A stretch of DNA of 64,000 bases from Candidatus Zixiibacteriota bacterium (GTDB taxonomy: Bacteria > Zixibacteria > MSB-5A5 > UM-FILTER-46-8): NCBI GenBank assembly GCA_026983835.1, contig JALSTH010000040.1, positions 510 through 64,509 of the forward strand, written 5' to 3'. The notes under the pieces were generated by a model. It searched no databases and was not told the origin of the DNA. It saw nothing but the letters and a program-made list of their open reading frames with translations. How positions within the stretch are numbered: the first letter of the stretch is position 1; each line of letters opens with the position of its first letter. Both the position numbers and the translations under genes were made by a program. This document shows, one piece after another, positions 40,361 to 50,636 of the stretch.

Positions 40361-40774
40361 TTATGCTCTCCTAACAGCGGCGCTGTTTTTGGTAGTTTCG
40401 ATTATTCTTACCTCCTGCAGCATATTATTCGGCAGTTGGTCATCCAATATATCGAAGAAAACGGACGCTAAATTCTCGGCGGTGGGGATAACAGCCTTCA
40501 GGAAAGGGACATCGGAGTTTAGATTTTTATGATCGACTTTATCGATAATCTCACGGCGGATAATTGATTTCAGCTCCGAAAGACTAAAAACCATTCCCGT
40601 TTTCGAATCAGGAATGCCTTTTAAGGTAACGATTAAGGTATAATTATGCCCATGCCCGCCTAAGTTGGCGCACTTGCCATAAGTATTCTCATTTTCTTCC
40701 GCAGAAAGCTTTTCCGAATATAACCTGTGAGATGCCGAAAAATTTTCGGTTCTTGAAATGGTAATTATTTTCAT
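40361..40774 (-). CDS. queD: 6-pyruvoyl-tetrahydropterin synthase / 6-carboxy-tetrahydropterin synthase (PTPS/QueD family)
   Basis: FSASHRL...CANLGGHGHNYTL, the zinc-binding C-x5-HGH and ExxH signature of PTPS/QueD. Confidence 0.8.
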   Translation of the reverse strand: MKIITISRTENFSASHRLYSEKLSAEENENTYGKCANLGGHGHNYTLIVTLKGIPDSKTGMVFSLSELKSIIRREIIDKVDHKNLNSDVPFLKAVIPTAENLASVFFDILDDQLPNNMLQEVRIIETTKNSAAVRRA

Positions 40775-40882
40775 AATAAATGAAACCCTCTCATCGACCC
40801 AAATAGTTCCCGCTTTTCATAATCCGTTGTGTTGCAATCAAGCGTCATTTCTTAAATATTTTATAAAATGTATATTGCCTAC

Positions 40883-41377
40883 TTAAAAGAACAGGGAGAA
40901 TACGCCCATCGTGATGGAGGTTACTATCGTTGCTGAAATCAAAAGGCCCAATGCGATTCCTATCATCGCCTTTCTGCTCGGGATACCGAAAATAAACGCC
41001 GCCAGTGTCCCCGTCCAAGCGCCTGTTATCGGCAGCGGTATCCCCACAAAAATCGCCAAGCCCCAAAAACCATATTTATCCACCGCCTTTGCCCTCTTGC
41101 GGGTGCGTTGCAGAAACCAATCAGCAATTCGTTTGGTAAGGGGAAATCTCTCCGCCAACTTCAACATCTCCTCCATAAAAAGCAACAACGGTAAAGCCGG
41201 GATGAAATTCCCCAAAACCGAAGCGATATATGCCTGATGCCAACTCATTTTGCCGTAGGTAATAGCCCAAGGGATCGACCCGCGGAGTTCGGTAATCGGC
41301 AACATAGCCATAAGAAAAGTCGCCCACCAGGTAGGTATGCCCGCAAAATAATGGGCTATCTGTTGAGCATCCATCAA
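40883..41377 (-). CDS. Small multidrug-export-like membrane protein (COG2426 family)
   Basis: Four TM segments; ...LPITELRGSIPWAI... resembles the Sm_multidrug_ex family. Confidence 0.5.
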   Translation of the reverse strand: MMDAQQIAHYFAGIPTWWATFLMAMLPITELRGSIPWAITYGKMSWHQAYIASVLGNFIPALPLLLFMEEMLKLAERFPLTKRIADWFLQRTRKRAKAVDKYGFWGLAIFVGIPLPITGAWTGTLAAFIFGIPSRKAMIGIALGLLISATIVTSITMGVFSLFF

Positions 41378-44025
41378 CGCTTTTCCTTAAACCAGCCGAT
41401 AACATCATCGCTTATTCCGAAACGCAAACCCCGACTATATCCTCTTAATATACCATCGCCATCAACCGCGATAACAAACGGCATTTCAGCGGATGAGGGG
41501 GGCAAATCCATAAGAGTTTTATAAAAAATCAATTGCGCATTGCCCGGATCGATGTATGCTCTCCAATTCAACCCATCCTGCGTTATCCTGTTTAGGTAAG
41601 CCTCCCCCGGATAGCTATCGGTAATCAACAGAAAATCCGCACCAAGCGAAGATAGTTTGCTTGAAGAACGATTTAACTCATCCAAGACCCTCTCGCTGCT
41701 CTCCACATTCGGTTCCACCCAAACCATTATCAATCCGTTTGGAGGCAATTCATCAAAGGTTGTTAAACCACTCCATTTTTTCAGCGGAACCAATCTCGCC
41801 GGCGGAGGGATAATAACAGGATTTCTCTCGGAGATCGCCTGCGGCGCCCTGATTATCAAGCGTTTGGTCAGGGAATCGCCGGCGTTTAGCGTAAAAAACT
41901 GCAGGTATGCCAAAACATCCCCCTGAGCAAGACGATTCGCCCCGCAGAGCATATATCTCCCCGGAGGCAATTGCTTCGGTTTTTCATTATCCTGTATCGG
42001 GCTCAAATAATCGAAATCCTCCAACATCTCATATATCCCATTATCCAACTTTGACAAGCTCCAATGACGGTAGCACAACGGCTTTTCTATCGGCCCACTC
42101 GGATATTCCAAAGTTAAAACTCCATACTGCCCTTCCGATTTCGAAGAATCGGCGACCTTATCTTTATCGGCGTAAACGAATTTCCAATCGCCGTCGTTCC
42201 AGAATTGAGGTTGTCCCGTTATCGGATGAAGCCTTGAAGGAATACCTTTTGCCCTGATGATGGCAACAATCAAATGATTGTAATCGCTCTTGGTCCCCCT
42301 CATTGCGGTGTAGATTTCATCGGGTGAAAGCTGGGCGGAGAATCTGTCCCTGCTTTCCTCGATGGTAAATTTCGGCGAGAGATATTTATCCAATCCCATA
42401 ATATCGACATCCGGAAACGCTTTGGAGAGTATGCTCCGCCAAGCGGTAATATGCTCATATCTTATTCGAGGTTGCAGAATATAATCCAAAAAACGATTGT
42501 AAACGGAGCTGTCGCTTTTCTCCGGTTTGTATTTTATGGCTGTGAAATGATCTTCGAGGACAGCGGTATCGACACTCCGCAAGTCCTTGTCCATCAGTAT
42601 GCCAAGAAATGTTTCGGCATCGTTGAGCTGGTTTGGTTTCAATCCCGAAAGGAAATCGAATACTTCCATCCAATTACCTTTCGCCCTTTGCATAACGCTA
42701 TCCACATCCTCATAAGACATACCGATCGCTTTGCTTAAAGAATCGATACGCTCGCTGTCAGACCATACGGAAGCCGCCATCTCCCTTAAGGTATCGGCAT
42801 AAGCTTTTTTCTTTCTCAATAATTCCTTCAGGGTTTTATCTTCTTGTGTTTGGGCAACATTTTCCGGCGGTGGAGGCGGATGCATATCCAAGCTCCAAGA
42901 CCAATCATCATCGCTTATCGGTTTCGGCGATAAGTAAACCGTATCACGAAAAGCCGCCGGAACCCGAGCCCAATCGAGCGTATCCCCCGATCCGGCCCAA
43001 ACGACCCAATCGGTTAAGCCCGTAGTCAACGAACAAACGCCTTTCTCATCGGTTTTCAATGAAGTCAACGGCAGCAATCCGGCATAATTTATCAGCATAA
43101 AATAAACTTTGATACTATCAACAGGGAGATAATCGTTCGGTGAAATCTTGACTATCATTCTTTTGGAATCCTCGTAGATGCTTGTCGAGTTTATGATTGT
43201 GCTTCGTTTCCCTTTTTTCAATACTTCCTCATCCCCGTTATAATCGCCGAATGCGGTGCTGACCACCAAAGCAGCTCGCTTTGCGGGATTGGTGAACCAC
43301 GCCTTGCCTAATTTATATGTCGGCTCGCATCCCCCCATATAGCTCCATTTACCATCAGCCCAAACCTCGACCCATGCATGGTTGTTATCGCAATGCGCCC
43401 AATATGGAGTAAAGCAAGCGCGGGCTGGGATTCCGACCGACCTCAAAGCGGAGATGGTCAAAATCATTTCTTCCTCGCATCGCCCGAAGCCAGCCTTTAT
43501 AGTGGTCAGCGGACCTTGATCCCAAGGTTTCGTTGATTTGAAGGTGGCGTGTTCATAACACCAGAGGTTAACCTCCAAAGCCGCTTCGGTCATCGTCATC
43601 CCGGAAACTCGTTTCGACAATTCCTCAAAGAAAGGTTTCCGCCATCTTTGAGCCGGCTCCTGCGCGCAACGATAGGGAAGCACGAAATGTTTGAACAAAT
43701 TGTCGTTAAGCTGGGCTCCCCAACTGAAGGTTTCTTTCGCTTTGATGGCATATCTTATATTTTCCAAAAGGTAGTTCGGGCGCAACGACGCCAAATCGGA
43801 AAGCGGCATATAAGCGAGCAGAAACTCGGCGTATTCTTTCTCTTGGGGAGTGATATCCATATTTAGAATACTAAAAAGATTTTCCCCATTGCCTCCCGCT
43901 CTAATTTTCTGTAGCGTCAACAGAGAATCGATATTCGCCTCGCCTGCCGAGACAACACCATAACTGATAGCTACAATAATAGCGATAAAAAGTGATCTCG
44001 CCGAATATTTCATAAATGATTTCAT
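41374..44025 (-). CDS. Large secreted transglutaminase-like (cysteine-protease-fold) domain protein
   Basis: Signal peptide. TGase-like core FGRCEEEMILTISALRSVGIPARACFTPYWAHCDNNHAWVEVWADGKWSYMGGCEP (Cys...His...Asp). A second degenerate TGase-like region follows (LIVAIIRAKGIPSRL). The C-terminal thioredoxin-like tail has no CxxC. Confidence 0.6.
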   Translation of the reverse strand: MKSFMKYSARSLFIAIIVAISYGVVSAGEANIDSLLTLQKIRAGGNGENLFSILNMDITPQEKEYAEFLLAYMPLSDLASLRPNYLLENIRYAIKAKETFSWGAQLNDNLFKHFVLPYRCAQEPAQRWRKPFFEELSKRVSGMTMTEAALEVNLWCYEHATFKSTKPWDQGPLTTIKAGFGRCEEEMILTISALRSVGIPARACFTPYWAHCDNNHAWVEVWADGKWSYMGGCEPTYKLGKAWFTNPAKRAALVVSTAFGDYNGDEEVLKKGKRSTIINSTSIYEDSKRMIVKISPNDYLPVDSIKVYFMLINYAGLLPLTSLKTDEKGVCSLTTGLTDWVVWAGSGDTLDWARVPAAFRDTVYLSPKPISDDDWSWSLDMHPPPPPENVAQTQEDKTLKELLRKKKAYADTLREMAASVWSDSERIDSLSKAIGMSYEDVDSVMQRAKGNWMEVFDFLSGLKPNQLNDAETFLGILMDKDLRSVDTAVLEDHFTAIKYKPEKSDSSVYNRFLDYILQPRIRYEHITAWRSILSKAFPDVDIMGLDKYLSPKFTIEESRDRFSAQLSPDEIYTAMRGTKSDYNHLIVAIIRAKGIPSRLHPITGQPQFWNDGDWKFVYADKDKVADSSKSEGQYGVLTLEYPSGPIEKPLCYRHWSLSKLDNGIYEMLEDFDYLSPIQDNEKPKQLPPGRYMLCGANRLAQGDVLAYLQFFTLNAGDSLTKRLIIRAPQAISERNPVIIPPPARLVPLKKWSGLTTFDELPPNGLIMVWVEPNVESSERVLDELNRSSSKLSSLGADFLLITDSYPGEAYLNRITQDGLNWRAYIDPGNAQLIFYKTLMDLPPSSAEMPFVIAVDGDGILRGYSRGLRFGISDDVIGWFKEKR

Positions 44026-44213
44026 TTTTTGTTCCTCTTTTGTTATTCCTTCGGGAATTAGATAAAGCCTTCATCCGAATATAGCAACATATTTTCAAAA
44101 CCTCGAGCAGACCTACTGTTGAATTTCATCTTTGTAATCGTTAATTGTTATGGGGATATTCGAGCCTTTATTGGTTTGACTTGTTTGGATATCGGTGTTA
44201 AATTAATCCCGAT

Positions 44214-46490
44214 ATGGCTAAAAAGAAGAAGACAAAAAATAAAGGATTGCATTTGTTGGGGGGGATTATAATCCTGTTATCAATACTATTGGGTTTGAGC
44301 CTCTACACTTTCAATCCTTCCGTTGACAGCAATATATTCGAGAGCATAAGAGGAACGATCGCCTCCCATAACTATACCCAAATTCTTAATATTAAAGTTT
44401 CCAACAGCGGCGGAGTGGTGGGAGCGTTTTTCGCTTGGTTGATAATATTCCTTTTTGGGAAAATAGGATTCCTACTGCCTCCGCTTTTACTTGTTATCGG
44501 GATAATTGTATATACCGGGGAGGGCAAATGGCATCTGCCCGGAAAAGTGAAATTAGGCTTTTCGGCGATTTTCCTGATTGCGGTGTTATTTACAATCGAT
44601 AAAGCCGGCAGCGGTTATTTACCTTTGAAGGGTTTTAACATGGGAGGAGCCGCCGCTTATATCACCGCTAAGATTATTAAGTTGCTGATAGGGACGCTTG
44701 GCGCTTATCTAATTACTTCGATCGCTCTGTTGTCGGTTATCGTAGTGTTGTCACCATCCACAACCAAAAGGGGTTTGGCTGCGGCTGCGATGTTGGCGGA
44801 ACGGATATTGAAATCTATCGTAAGCGTAGTTTTATATCCCTTCAGGAAGGATAAAAGGGAGCAAAGGCGAAAGCCCGAAAAACAAAAGGGGAAAATAAAA
44901 ATCGTTAAAACCAAAACGATCAAAGAGGGTAAAAACCCAATACAGGAAATGAGAACCGAAAAACCGGTAAGGGTCAATATAAAAAGGGACATTCCCGAGG
45001 TGGAGGTTTCCGAAGGATCCGAGACACCTTTTCACCAACAGGCGGAAGGAGAATATATATTCCCGGAAATATCATTTTTAGAAAAAGGCGATCCATCCAA
45101 AGAGATAGAAAGCGATGAGATTATAAAGGAACGGGCGGAGTCGTTGAAAAAAGCGCTGAATACTTTCGGCGTACGGATAAATGAGGAATCGGTGGAGAGT
45201 TATCCCGGCCCGGTTATCACCAGATATGAATTTCAACCGGCACCGGGCATCAAAGTAAGTCAGATAATCAACCTTGCCGATGATTTGGCATTGGCGATGA
45301 GGGCAAAAAGTATTCGAGTGATAGCGCCTATTCCCGGTAAGGGGGCGGTTGGGGTGGAAGTCCCCAATAAAAATCCGCATATCGTCCGCATAGCAGAGTT
45401 ATTGAAATCGCCGCAATTCCGTTCCGAAAAATACGAAATCCCCTTGGCATTGGGTAAGGATACGGGGGGAATACCTTTTATCGCCGACCTTTCAAAGATG
45501 CCTCATCTATTGATTGCCGGCGCCACAGGTTCCGGTAAATCTGTCTGCTTGAATTCGATAATAACCAGCATACTTTATCGGCTACATCCCGATAAGATAA
45601 GGTTTATCTTCATAGATCCGAAAAGGTTGGAGCTTTCGGTTTACTCAGGTATTCCGCATCTCGAAAGGCCCGTAGTTACCAAACCGAGACAAGCCGAGCG
45701 GGTTTTAGCCGGTGTCGTGGAGGAGATGGATAACCGATACAGCAAGTTGGCGGAGGCAAGCGTAAGAAGTATTCAGGATTTCAATAAGAAGGTCCCGGAG
45801 CAGGAATGGCTGCCCTATATCGTAATTATTATCGATGAGCTTGCCGATTTGATCGTGGGATCATCCAATAAAATAGAATTGATGATAACCCGCTTGGCGC
45901 AAATGGCTCGTGCGGTGGGGATACATCTGATATTAGCCACCCAGCGCCCATCGGTGGATGTTATCACCGGACTTATAAAAGCGAATTTCTCCTCCCGCAT
46001 CGCCTTTCAAGTGGCGTCCAAAGTCGATTCGAGGACAATACTTGACAGCAACGGTGCGGAAAAATTATTGGGCAATGGCGATATGCTTTTGATGCTAACC
46101 GGAAGGCAGGAACTTGTTCGCCTTCACGGTTCCTATATATCGAGCGAGGAAACAGCGCGGATTGTGGAATTCCTTAGAGGAAAGGAATATTCACCAAAAC
46201 CTGTCGATACCCTAAAGGATGTCTCCGGTAAGAAATCGAAGCTGTTTCTAAACGCCTCCGATGAGCTTTTCCGCCAAGCGGCGGAGACCGTTGTTTTGCA
46301 TAAGCAGGGATCGGTCTCCTTATTACAAAGGAGGCTTGGAGTAGGATATCAGCGGGCGGCAAGGTTAATAGATCAGCTTGAAGAAGCCGGAATTGTCGGG
46401 CCCTATGACGGCTCCAAAGCGCGGAAGGTTTTAGTAAATGAACAGTATCTGCAAACATTATTCTCCGAAAAATCGGGTAGCCATAATTAG
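44214..46490 (+). CDS. ftsK: DNA translocase FtsK
   Basis: N-terminal TM segments, linker, motor domain with Walker A LLIAGATGSGKSVCLNSII, C-terminal gamma winged-helix domain. Confidence 0.9.
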   Translation: MAKKKKTKNKGLHLLGGIIILLSILLGLSLYTFNPSVDSNIFESIRGTIASHNYTQILNIKVSNSGGVVGAFFAWLIIFLFGKIGFLLPPLLLVIGIIVYTGEGKWHLPGKVKLGFSAIFLIAVLFTIDKAGSGYLPLKGFNMGGAAAYITAKIIKLLIGTLGAYLITSIALLSVIVVLSPSTTKRGLAAAAMLAERILKSIVSVVLYPFRKDKREQRRKPEKQKGKIKIVKTKTIKEGKNPIQEMRTEKPVRVNIKRDIPEVEVSEGSETPFHQQAEGEYIFPEISFLEKGDPSKEIESDEIIKERAESLKKALNTFGVRINEESVESYPGPVITRYEFQPAPGIKVSQIINLADDLALAMRAKSIRVIAPIPGKGAVGVEVPNKNPHIVRIAELLKSPQFRSEKYEIPLALGKDTGGIPFIADLSKMPHLLIAGATGSGKSVCLNSIITSILYRLHPDKIRFIFIDPKRLELSVYSGIPHLERPVVTKPRQAERVLAGVVEEMDNRYSKLAEASVRSIQDFNKKVPEQEWLPYIVIIIDELADLIVGSSNKIELMITRLAQMARAVGIHLILATQRPSVDVITGLIKANFSSRIAFQVASKVDSRTILDSNGAEKLLGNGDMLLMLTGRQELVRLHGSYISSEETARIVEFLRGKEYSPKPVDTLKDVSGKKSKLFLNASDELFRQAAETVVLHKQGSVSLLQRRLGVGYQRAARLIDQLEEAGIVGPYDGSKARKVLVNEQYLQTLFSEKSGSHN

Positions 46491-47136
46491 CCTGATACCG
46501 CTTATGGCGGTTTTACTGGCAGTCCAGACCTGTTTTGCTTTTAAGGGAACAAATTCGGGTGAATTATCGAAAGGGAAAAAGATATACGGGCGGATGGAAA
46601 GCTTTCTGAAGGGAAAGCCGAATATGGCGTTTGATTTCATCCGAATTATCGAATCCCCTTACACGGGTGAATGTGATTCATTAAGGGGAAGCATTAAGAT
46701 AAATAGAGATGGATTTGCGAGGGTTGATATAGACAATAGAATAATAATCGAGAGAAGCGACACATTGTATGATTATTCGGGCGATGGCAATCAGCTTACG
46801 ATATCCCCCGGCAAAAGGGGGATGATAAAACAGTTGCTCTTATCCGAATATTTGGGCGGGAATAAAGTTGTCGGCTGGAAGGATAATGGGAGATGGGTTG
46901 AGGTATCGCTTGAACCGACAAATGATGATAATGAGTATAAGGATATAAGAATGATTATGATGGAACAAAAAGGCGTATCCGCCTATCTGCCAAAGAAATT
47001 ACATTATATCGATGGATTGGGAAGAAGGATTACTTGGGAATTTTCTAAATTCAACTTCGCTCCGAGTTTTAACTCCGAAACATTTACATTTTCTCCGCCT
47101 GACGGATGTCGGGTGGTAAACCTATTTGAGCGATAA
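46438..47136 (+). CDS. lolA: LolA-like outer-membrane lipoprotein carrier protein
   Basis: Conserved ftsK-lolA gene pair; signal peptide; LolA-like length and beta-rich composition. The start overlaps the ftsK end by 53 nt; alternative ATG at 46504. Confidence 0.55.
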   Translation: MNSICKHYSPKNRVAIISLIPLMAVLLAVQTCFAFKGTNSGELSKGKKIYGRMESFLKGKPNMAFDFIRIIESPYTGECDSLRGSIKINRDGFARVDIDNRIIIERSDTLYDYSGDGNQLTISPGKRGMIKQLLLSEYLGGNKVVGWKDNGRWVEVSLEPTNDDNEYKDIRMIMMEQKGVSAYLPKKLHYIDGLGRRITWEFSKFNFAPSFNSETFTFSPPDGCRVVNLFER

Positions 47137-47147
47137 ATAAGATTGAA

Positions 47148-48497
47148 TTGTTTATGAGTAAGCGGCGTAAATATTATTTAACAACTTTCGGGTGTCCGAA
47201 AAATGAGGTCGATGGGCAGGTTTTGGAGTATCATCTGAAACTGCGGGGTTTATCTCCGGCGGCAACTCCCGATGATGCCGATATACTTATTGTCAACACC
47301 TGCGGTTTTATCGAGGATGCCAAATCAGAATCGATAGAAGGTATTTTGAGCTTGGCGGAATACAAACATAACGGTAAAAAACTCGCCGTTATCGGTTGCC
47401 TTTCGCAAAGGTATAAAAATGAATTAAAAGCCGAACTCCCGGAAGTCGATTACTTTTTCGGCATATCCTCCCCGAAAAAAATTGCGGAAACTTTTGTGGG
47501 GGCGGACAATAAAATCATCGAGGAAACATTCAACCTCAACGGAAAATATGAGATCCAAGAAGGGCGGGTGGTTGGAAAAGGGATTCCTTACGCTTATTTA
47601 AAAATCGCCGATGGATGCGATAACCGTTGCAGTTATTGTGTTATCCCATCAATTCGGGGAAGGTTCCGCAGCAAACCGCTCGATAATATTGTTAAGGAAG
47701 TCGATTACCTTCTTGGAGAGGGAATAAAGGAGATAATATTGGTGGCGCAGGAAACAACCCGTTACGGTTATGATTTGGGTGAAGATATAAATCTTACGGC
47801 GCTTATTAGAGAGTTGACGGCGGATAATCGTTTGAGATGGTTAAGGATTCTCTATGCGCATCCCATTAGGACAACAATGGCTTTGTTAGAGGAAATCTCC
47901 GCTAATGACAAGGTTTGCAATTATTTGGATATTCCCCTCCAACAGATATCCGATAAAATGTTGTCGAGGATGAATAGGCATATCAGCTCAAAAGAGACTG
48001 AGAAGTTAATCTCGACCATAAAGTCTAAATTTCCCAAAATAGCCTTACGGACCACCTTTATGCTCGGTCATCCGGGTGAGACGGAAGCTGATTTTCAGGA
48101 ATTGCTGGATTTTATCGAAAAGTTCCGCTTTGAAAATATCGGCTGTTTCCTGTACTCGGAGGAGGAAAATACAATTTCGGCACAAATGCCCGATAAGGTA
48201 CCTTTGGAAATAGCGCGGGAAAGACAGGATCGCTTGATGTCCCTTCAGGATGATATAGTGGAGGAGAGAAATTCAAAACGCATCGGAGAGATTCATCGAG
48301 CTATAATCGATAAAGTCGATTTAAATTCCGATGGATATATCTGCCGAATGGAGTCTCAAGCTCCGGAGATAGATGGCATCGTTGTTGCAAAAGGTGATAA
48401 TCTATCGCTCGAAGCGGGCGATTTTGTTGATATAAAGCTGATTGATTTCGAATCGTATGATTTCGAGGCGATTATTGTCGGCGAAAATCAAAGATAA
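47148..48497 (+). CDS. rimO: Ribosomal protein S12 methylthiotransferase RimO (radical SAM MTTase)
   Basis: YYLTTFGCPKNEVDG N-terminal MTTase cysteine cluster, radical-SAM CDNRCSYCVIP, C-terminal TRAM. The ~440-aa length fits RimO rather than MiaB. Confidence 0.75.
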   Translation: MFMSKRRKYYLTTFGCPKNEVDGQVLEYHLKLRGLSPAATPDDADILIVNTCGFIEDAKSESIEGILSLAEYKHNGKKLAVIGCLSQRYKNELKAELPEVDYFFGISSPKKIAETFVGADNKIIEETFNLNGKYEIQEGRVVGKGIPYAYLKIADGCDNRCSYCVIPSIRGRFRSKPLDNIVKEVDYLLGEGIKEIILVAQETTRYGYDLGEDINLTALIRELTADNRLRWLRILYAHPIRTTMALLEEISANDKVCNYLDIPLQQISDKMLSRMNRHISSKETEKLISTIKSKFPKIALRTTFMLGHPGETEADFQELLDFIEKFRFENIGCFLYSEEENTISAQMPDKVPLEIARERQDRLMSLQDDIVEERNSKRIGEIHRAIIDKVDLNSDGYICRMESQAPEIDGIVVAKGDNLSLEAGDFVDIKLIDFESYDFEAIIVGENQR

Positions 48498-48514
48498 AAT
48501 TCGGGGAGAAGCTT

Positions 48515-49204
48515 ATGCCTGCTCAAATTAGAATGGCGAGGAAAACCGGAATTACCCTGTCCAAATCGGTTACGATGATATTAATCGCTATATATGTAAT
48601 TCAAAGCGCGGCCGTTGTTTACCTCTTGCTTGATAGAGCTCAATTGCAAAAAAGCCTTATTGAAAAGGATACCAAAATCACCGATTTGGAACGGGAAAAC
48701 GACAAACTGAGGGAAAAACTAAAGATATTTAAGATAATTGAGGATTTTCAAAGCGGCTTCACCCCGCAGGAGAAGGACATAATAGCCGATGCAATTTACA
48801 CGCAGAGCAAACAATTGGGATATGACCCGTTGCTACTGATGGCTTTGATACTGACTGAAAGCTCGCTTCACAAAGGACAGGAATCATACCTCGGAGCGCA
48901 GGGACTGATGCAACTTCTGCCGTCCACCGGATATTGGTTATCAAAAAAATATAAAATGCCTTGGAAGGGAAATAATTCGCTTTTCGACCCTCAATATAAT
49001 ATACATATGGGAAGCTATTATCTTTTGGAACTTATTTTAAAGTTTAAGGATATTAAAAAAGCCTTGGCGGCATACAATATGGGTGAATATGCGTTGAAAG
49101 GAAGATTGAAACTCAAACAGGGTATCCCCAAAAAGTATGTCGGCGCCATTATGAAAAAATATCAAATGCTCAAGGAGAAATATCCCGATTCCTTATTCGG
49201 TTAA
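48515..49204 (+). CDS. Lytic transglycosylase (SLT domain) with N-terminal TM and coiled-coil
   Basis: ES..H......GAQGLMQLLPSTG....AYNMGEY; goose-type lysozyme-like SLT motifs (ES / GLMQ / AYN.G). Confidence 0.75.
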   Translation: MPAQIRMARKTGITLSKSVTMILIAIYVIQSAAVVYLLLDRAQLQKSLIEKDTKITDLERENDKLREKLKIFKIIEDFQSGFTPQEKDIIADAIYTQSKQLGYDPLLLMALILTESSLHKGQESYLGAQGLMQLLPSTGYWLSKKYKMPWKGNNSLFDPQYNIHMGSYYLLELILKFKDIKKALAAYNMGEYALKGRLKLKQGIPKKYVGAIMKKYQMLKEKYPDSLFG

Positions 49205-49210
49205 TATTCA

Positions 49211-49828
49211 ATGAAAAAGGGTTTTACATTCGCTATATTGTTGAATATTGCATTTGCTTTTGAAGTGCTCGCTATGCCGGTTGATAATTTGCACTTCAGT
49301 ATTGAACTTGCCGATACGGTTGTGGGGCATTTTTTCAAAGGGGTGCAAATAAACGGCGAAGGTTTTGTGTTAAAATCCGAGAGCACTCATCCCGCGAATT
49401 TTATCGTCGAGCAGTCTTTGATAAATTATATCAAGAAAAACGGAGGCGATTCCTATTTGGATTCGGTGGGAAACAGGAACTCTTCCGATACCGCCGGATT
49501 TCTTCTATGTTATAAAATCCTCAAATTGGGTTTGAAGTATGATAGGGCCGGGGCTAATCATCCAAAAGGGAAAAAGATATGGCGGAAGGGGGAGATAGGC
49601 GTTATATTTCAACTTGTTTCCAAATCGGACGGGAAGGTGATTAAATACGAGGAAACGAGCGCCGAAAGGGCAGATTTCCTTAGCAAAAAAGAAGCAACGC
49701 AATTCAGCGCCAACGGTGACTTTTATATCACTCCCGAGATGCCAACCGGTTTTAAGAGATTTTTTGAGCCGGCGATAGTAGGAATAACAACCGCAACTCT
49801 GATATTTTTATTTTTCAGTAATAGGTGA
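49211..49828 (+). CDS. Hypothetical secreted/membrane-anchored protein
   Basis: Signal peptide and C-terminal hydrophobic tail; no recognisable motif. Confidence 0.3.
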   Translation: MKKGFTFAILLNIAFAFEVLAMPVDNLHFSIELADTVVGHFFKGVQINGEGFVLKSESTHPANFIVEQSLINYIKKNGGDSYLDSVGNRNSSDTAGFLLCYKILKLGLKYDRAGANHPKGKKIWRKGEIGVIFQLVSKSDGKVIKYEETSAERADFLSKKEATQFSANGDFYITPEMPTGFKRFFEPAIVGITTATLIFLFFSNR

Positions 49829-50632
49829 TTGAGCAATATGAATAACAACCGAAAACTCCAGATGATTTTTATCGCCCTTTTGATTTTTACTTTCGCAATC
49901 TCCGTTGTCGGCTTTTATGGGTGTGGTGCGGAGAATATAAAACCGGTAGCGAGTGCGAAGGATCAGCTCAAGCGGGCGATGGATCTATACAATAAAAAGA
50001 AATACTATAAGGCGGAAATCGAGTTCCAAAAATTCGTTTACAATTATCCCGGGGTCGGTGCGGTCGATACCGCTCAATTCTATTTGGCGATGTCTTATTA
50101 CAAGGATAAGGATTATGCTTTGGCCGCCGGAGAGTTCAAAAGGTTTTTGTCCTCTTTCCCCTCATCCGAATTTTCCGATGACGCCCAATACCGATTGGCG
50201 ATGTCCCATTATCATCAATCCCCAAGCTATCCGCTCGATCAAACCGAAACTTATATGGCGATTAATGGGCTTATCAGTTTCTTGGATACTTATCCCAACA
50301 GCGGATATGCCGACTCCGCTTCGGTTCACCTGCAGGAACTACGCAATAAACTATCGCATAAGCTGTTCAGCACAGGGAGGTTGTACCAAAAGATGGGATA
50401 TTATGATCCCGCGATAATGTATTATAACAAACTTTTGGAAGATTATCCTAATTCCCCTTTCGCTGAAGAATCGGTTTTTCGTGCGGGGGAATGTTATTTG
50501 AAGTTGGAGAAGTATATTCCCGCCCGGGAGAAACTGCTGAGTTATGTGGATTCCTATAAAAACGGAAAATTCCATAAAAAGGCGGTTTCTCTGCTTCGAA
50601 AAATAGAGGACATTAAAAAAGCTGAAAATTAG
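49829..50632 (+). CDS. bamD: BamD/YfiO-like TPR lipoprotein
   Basis: Lipobox-like GFYGCG after the signal. TPR-like repeats (YYLAMSYYKDKDYALAAGEFKRFL, YRLAMSHY, IMYYNKLLEDYPNS). Confidence 0.6.
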   Translation: MSNMNNNRKLQMIFIALLIFTFAISVVGFYGCGAENIKPVASAKDQLKRAMDLYNKKKYYKAEIEFQKFVYNYPGVGAVDTAQFYLAMSYYKDKDYALAAGEFKRFLSSFPSSEFSDDAQYRLAMSHYHQSPSYPLDQTETYMAINGLISFLDTYPNSGYADSASVHLQELRNKLSHKLFSTGRLYQKMGYYDPAIMYYNKLLEDYPNSPFAEESVFRAGECYLKLEKYIPAREKLLSYVDSYKNGKFHKKAVSLLRKIEDIKKAEN

Positions 50633-50636
50633 CGCA

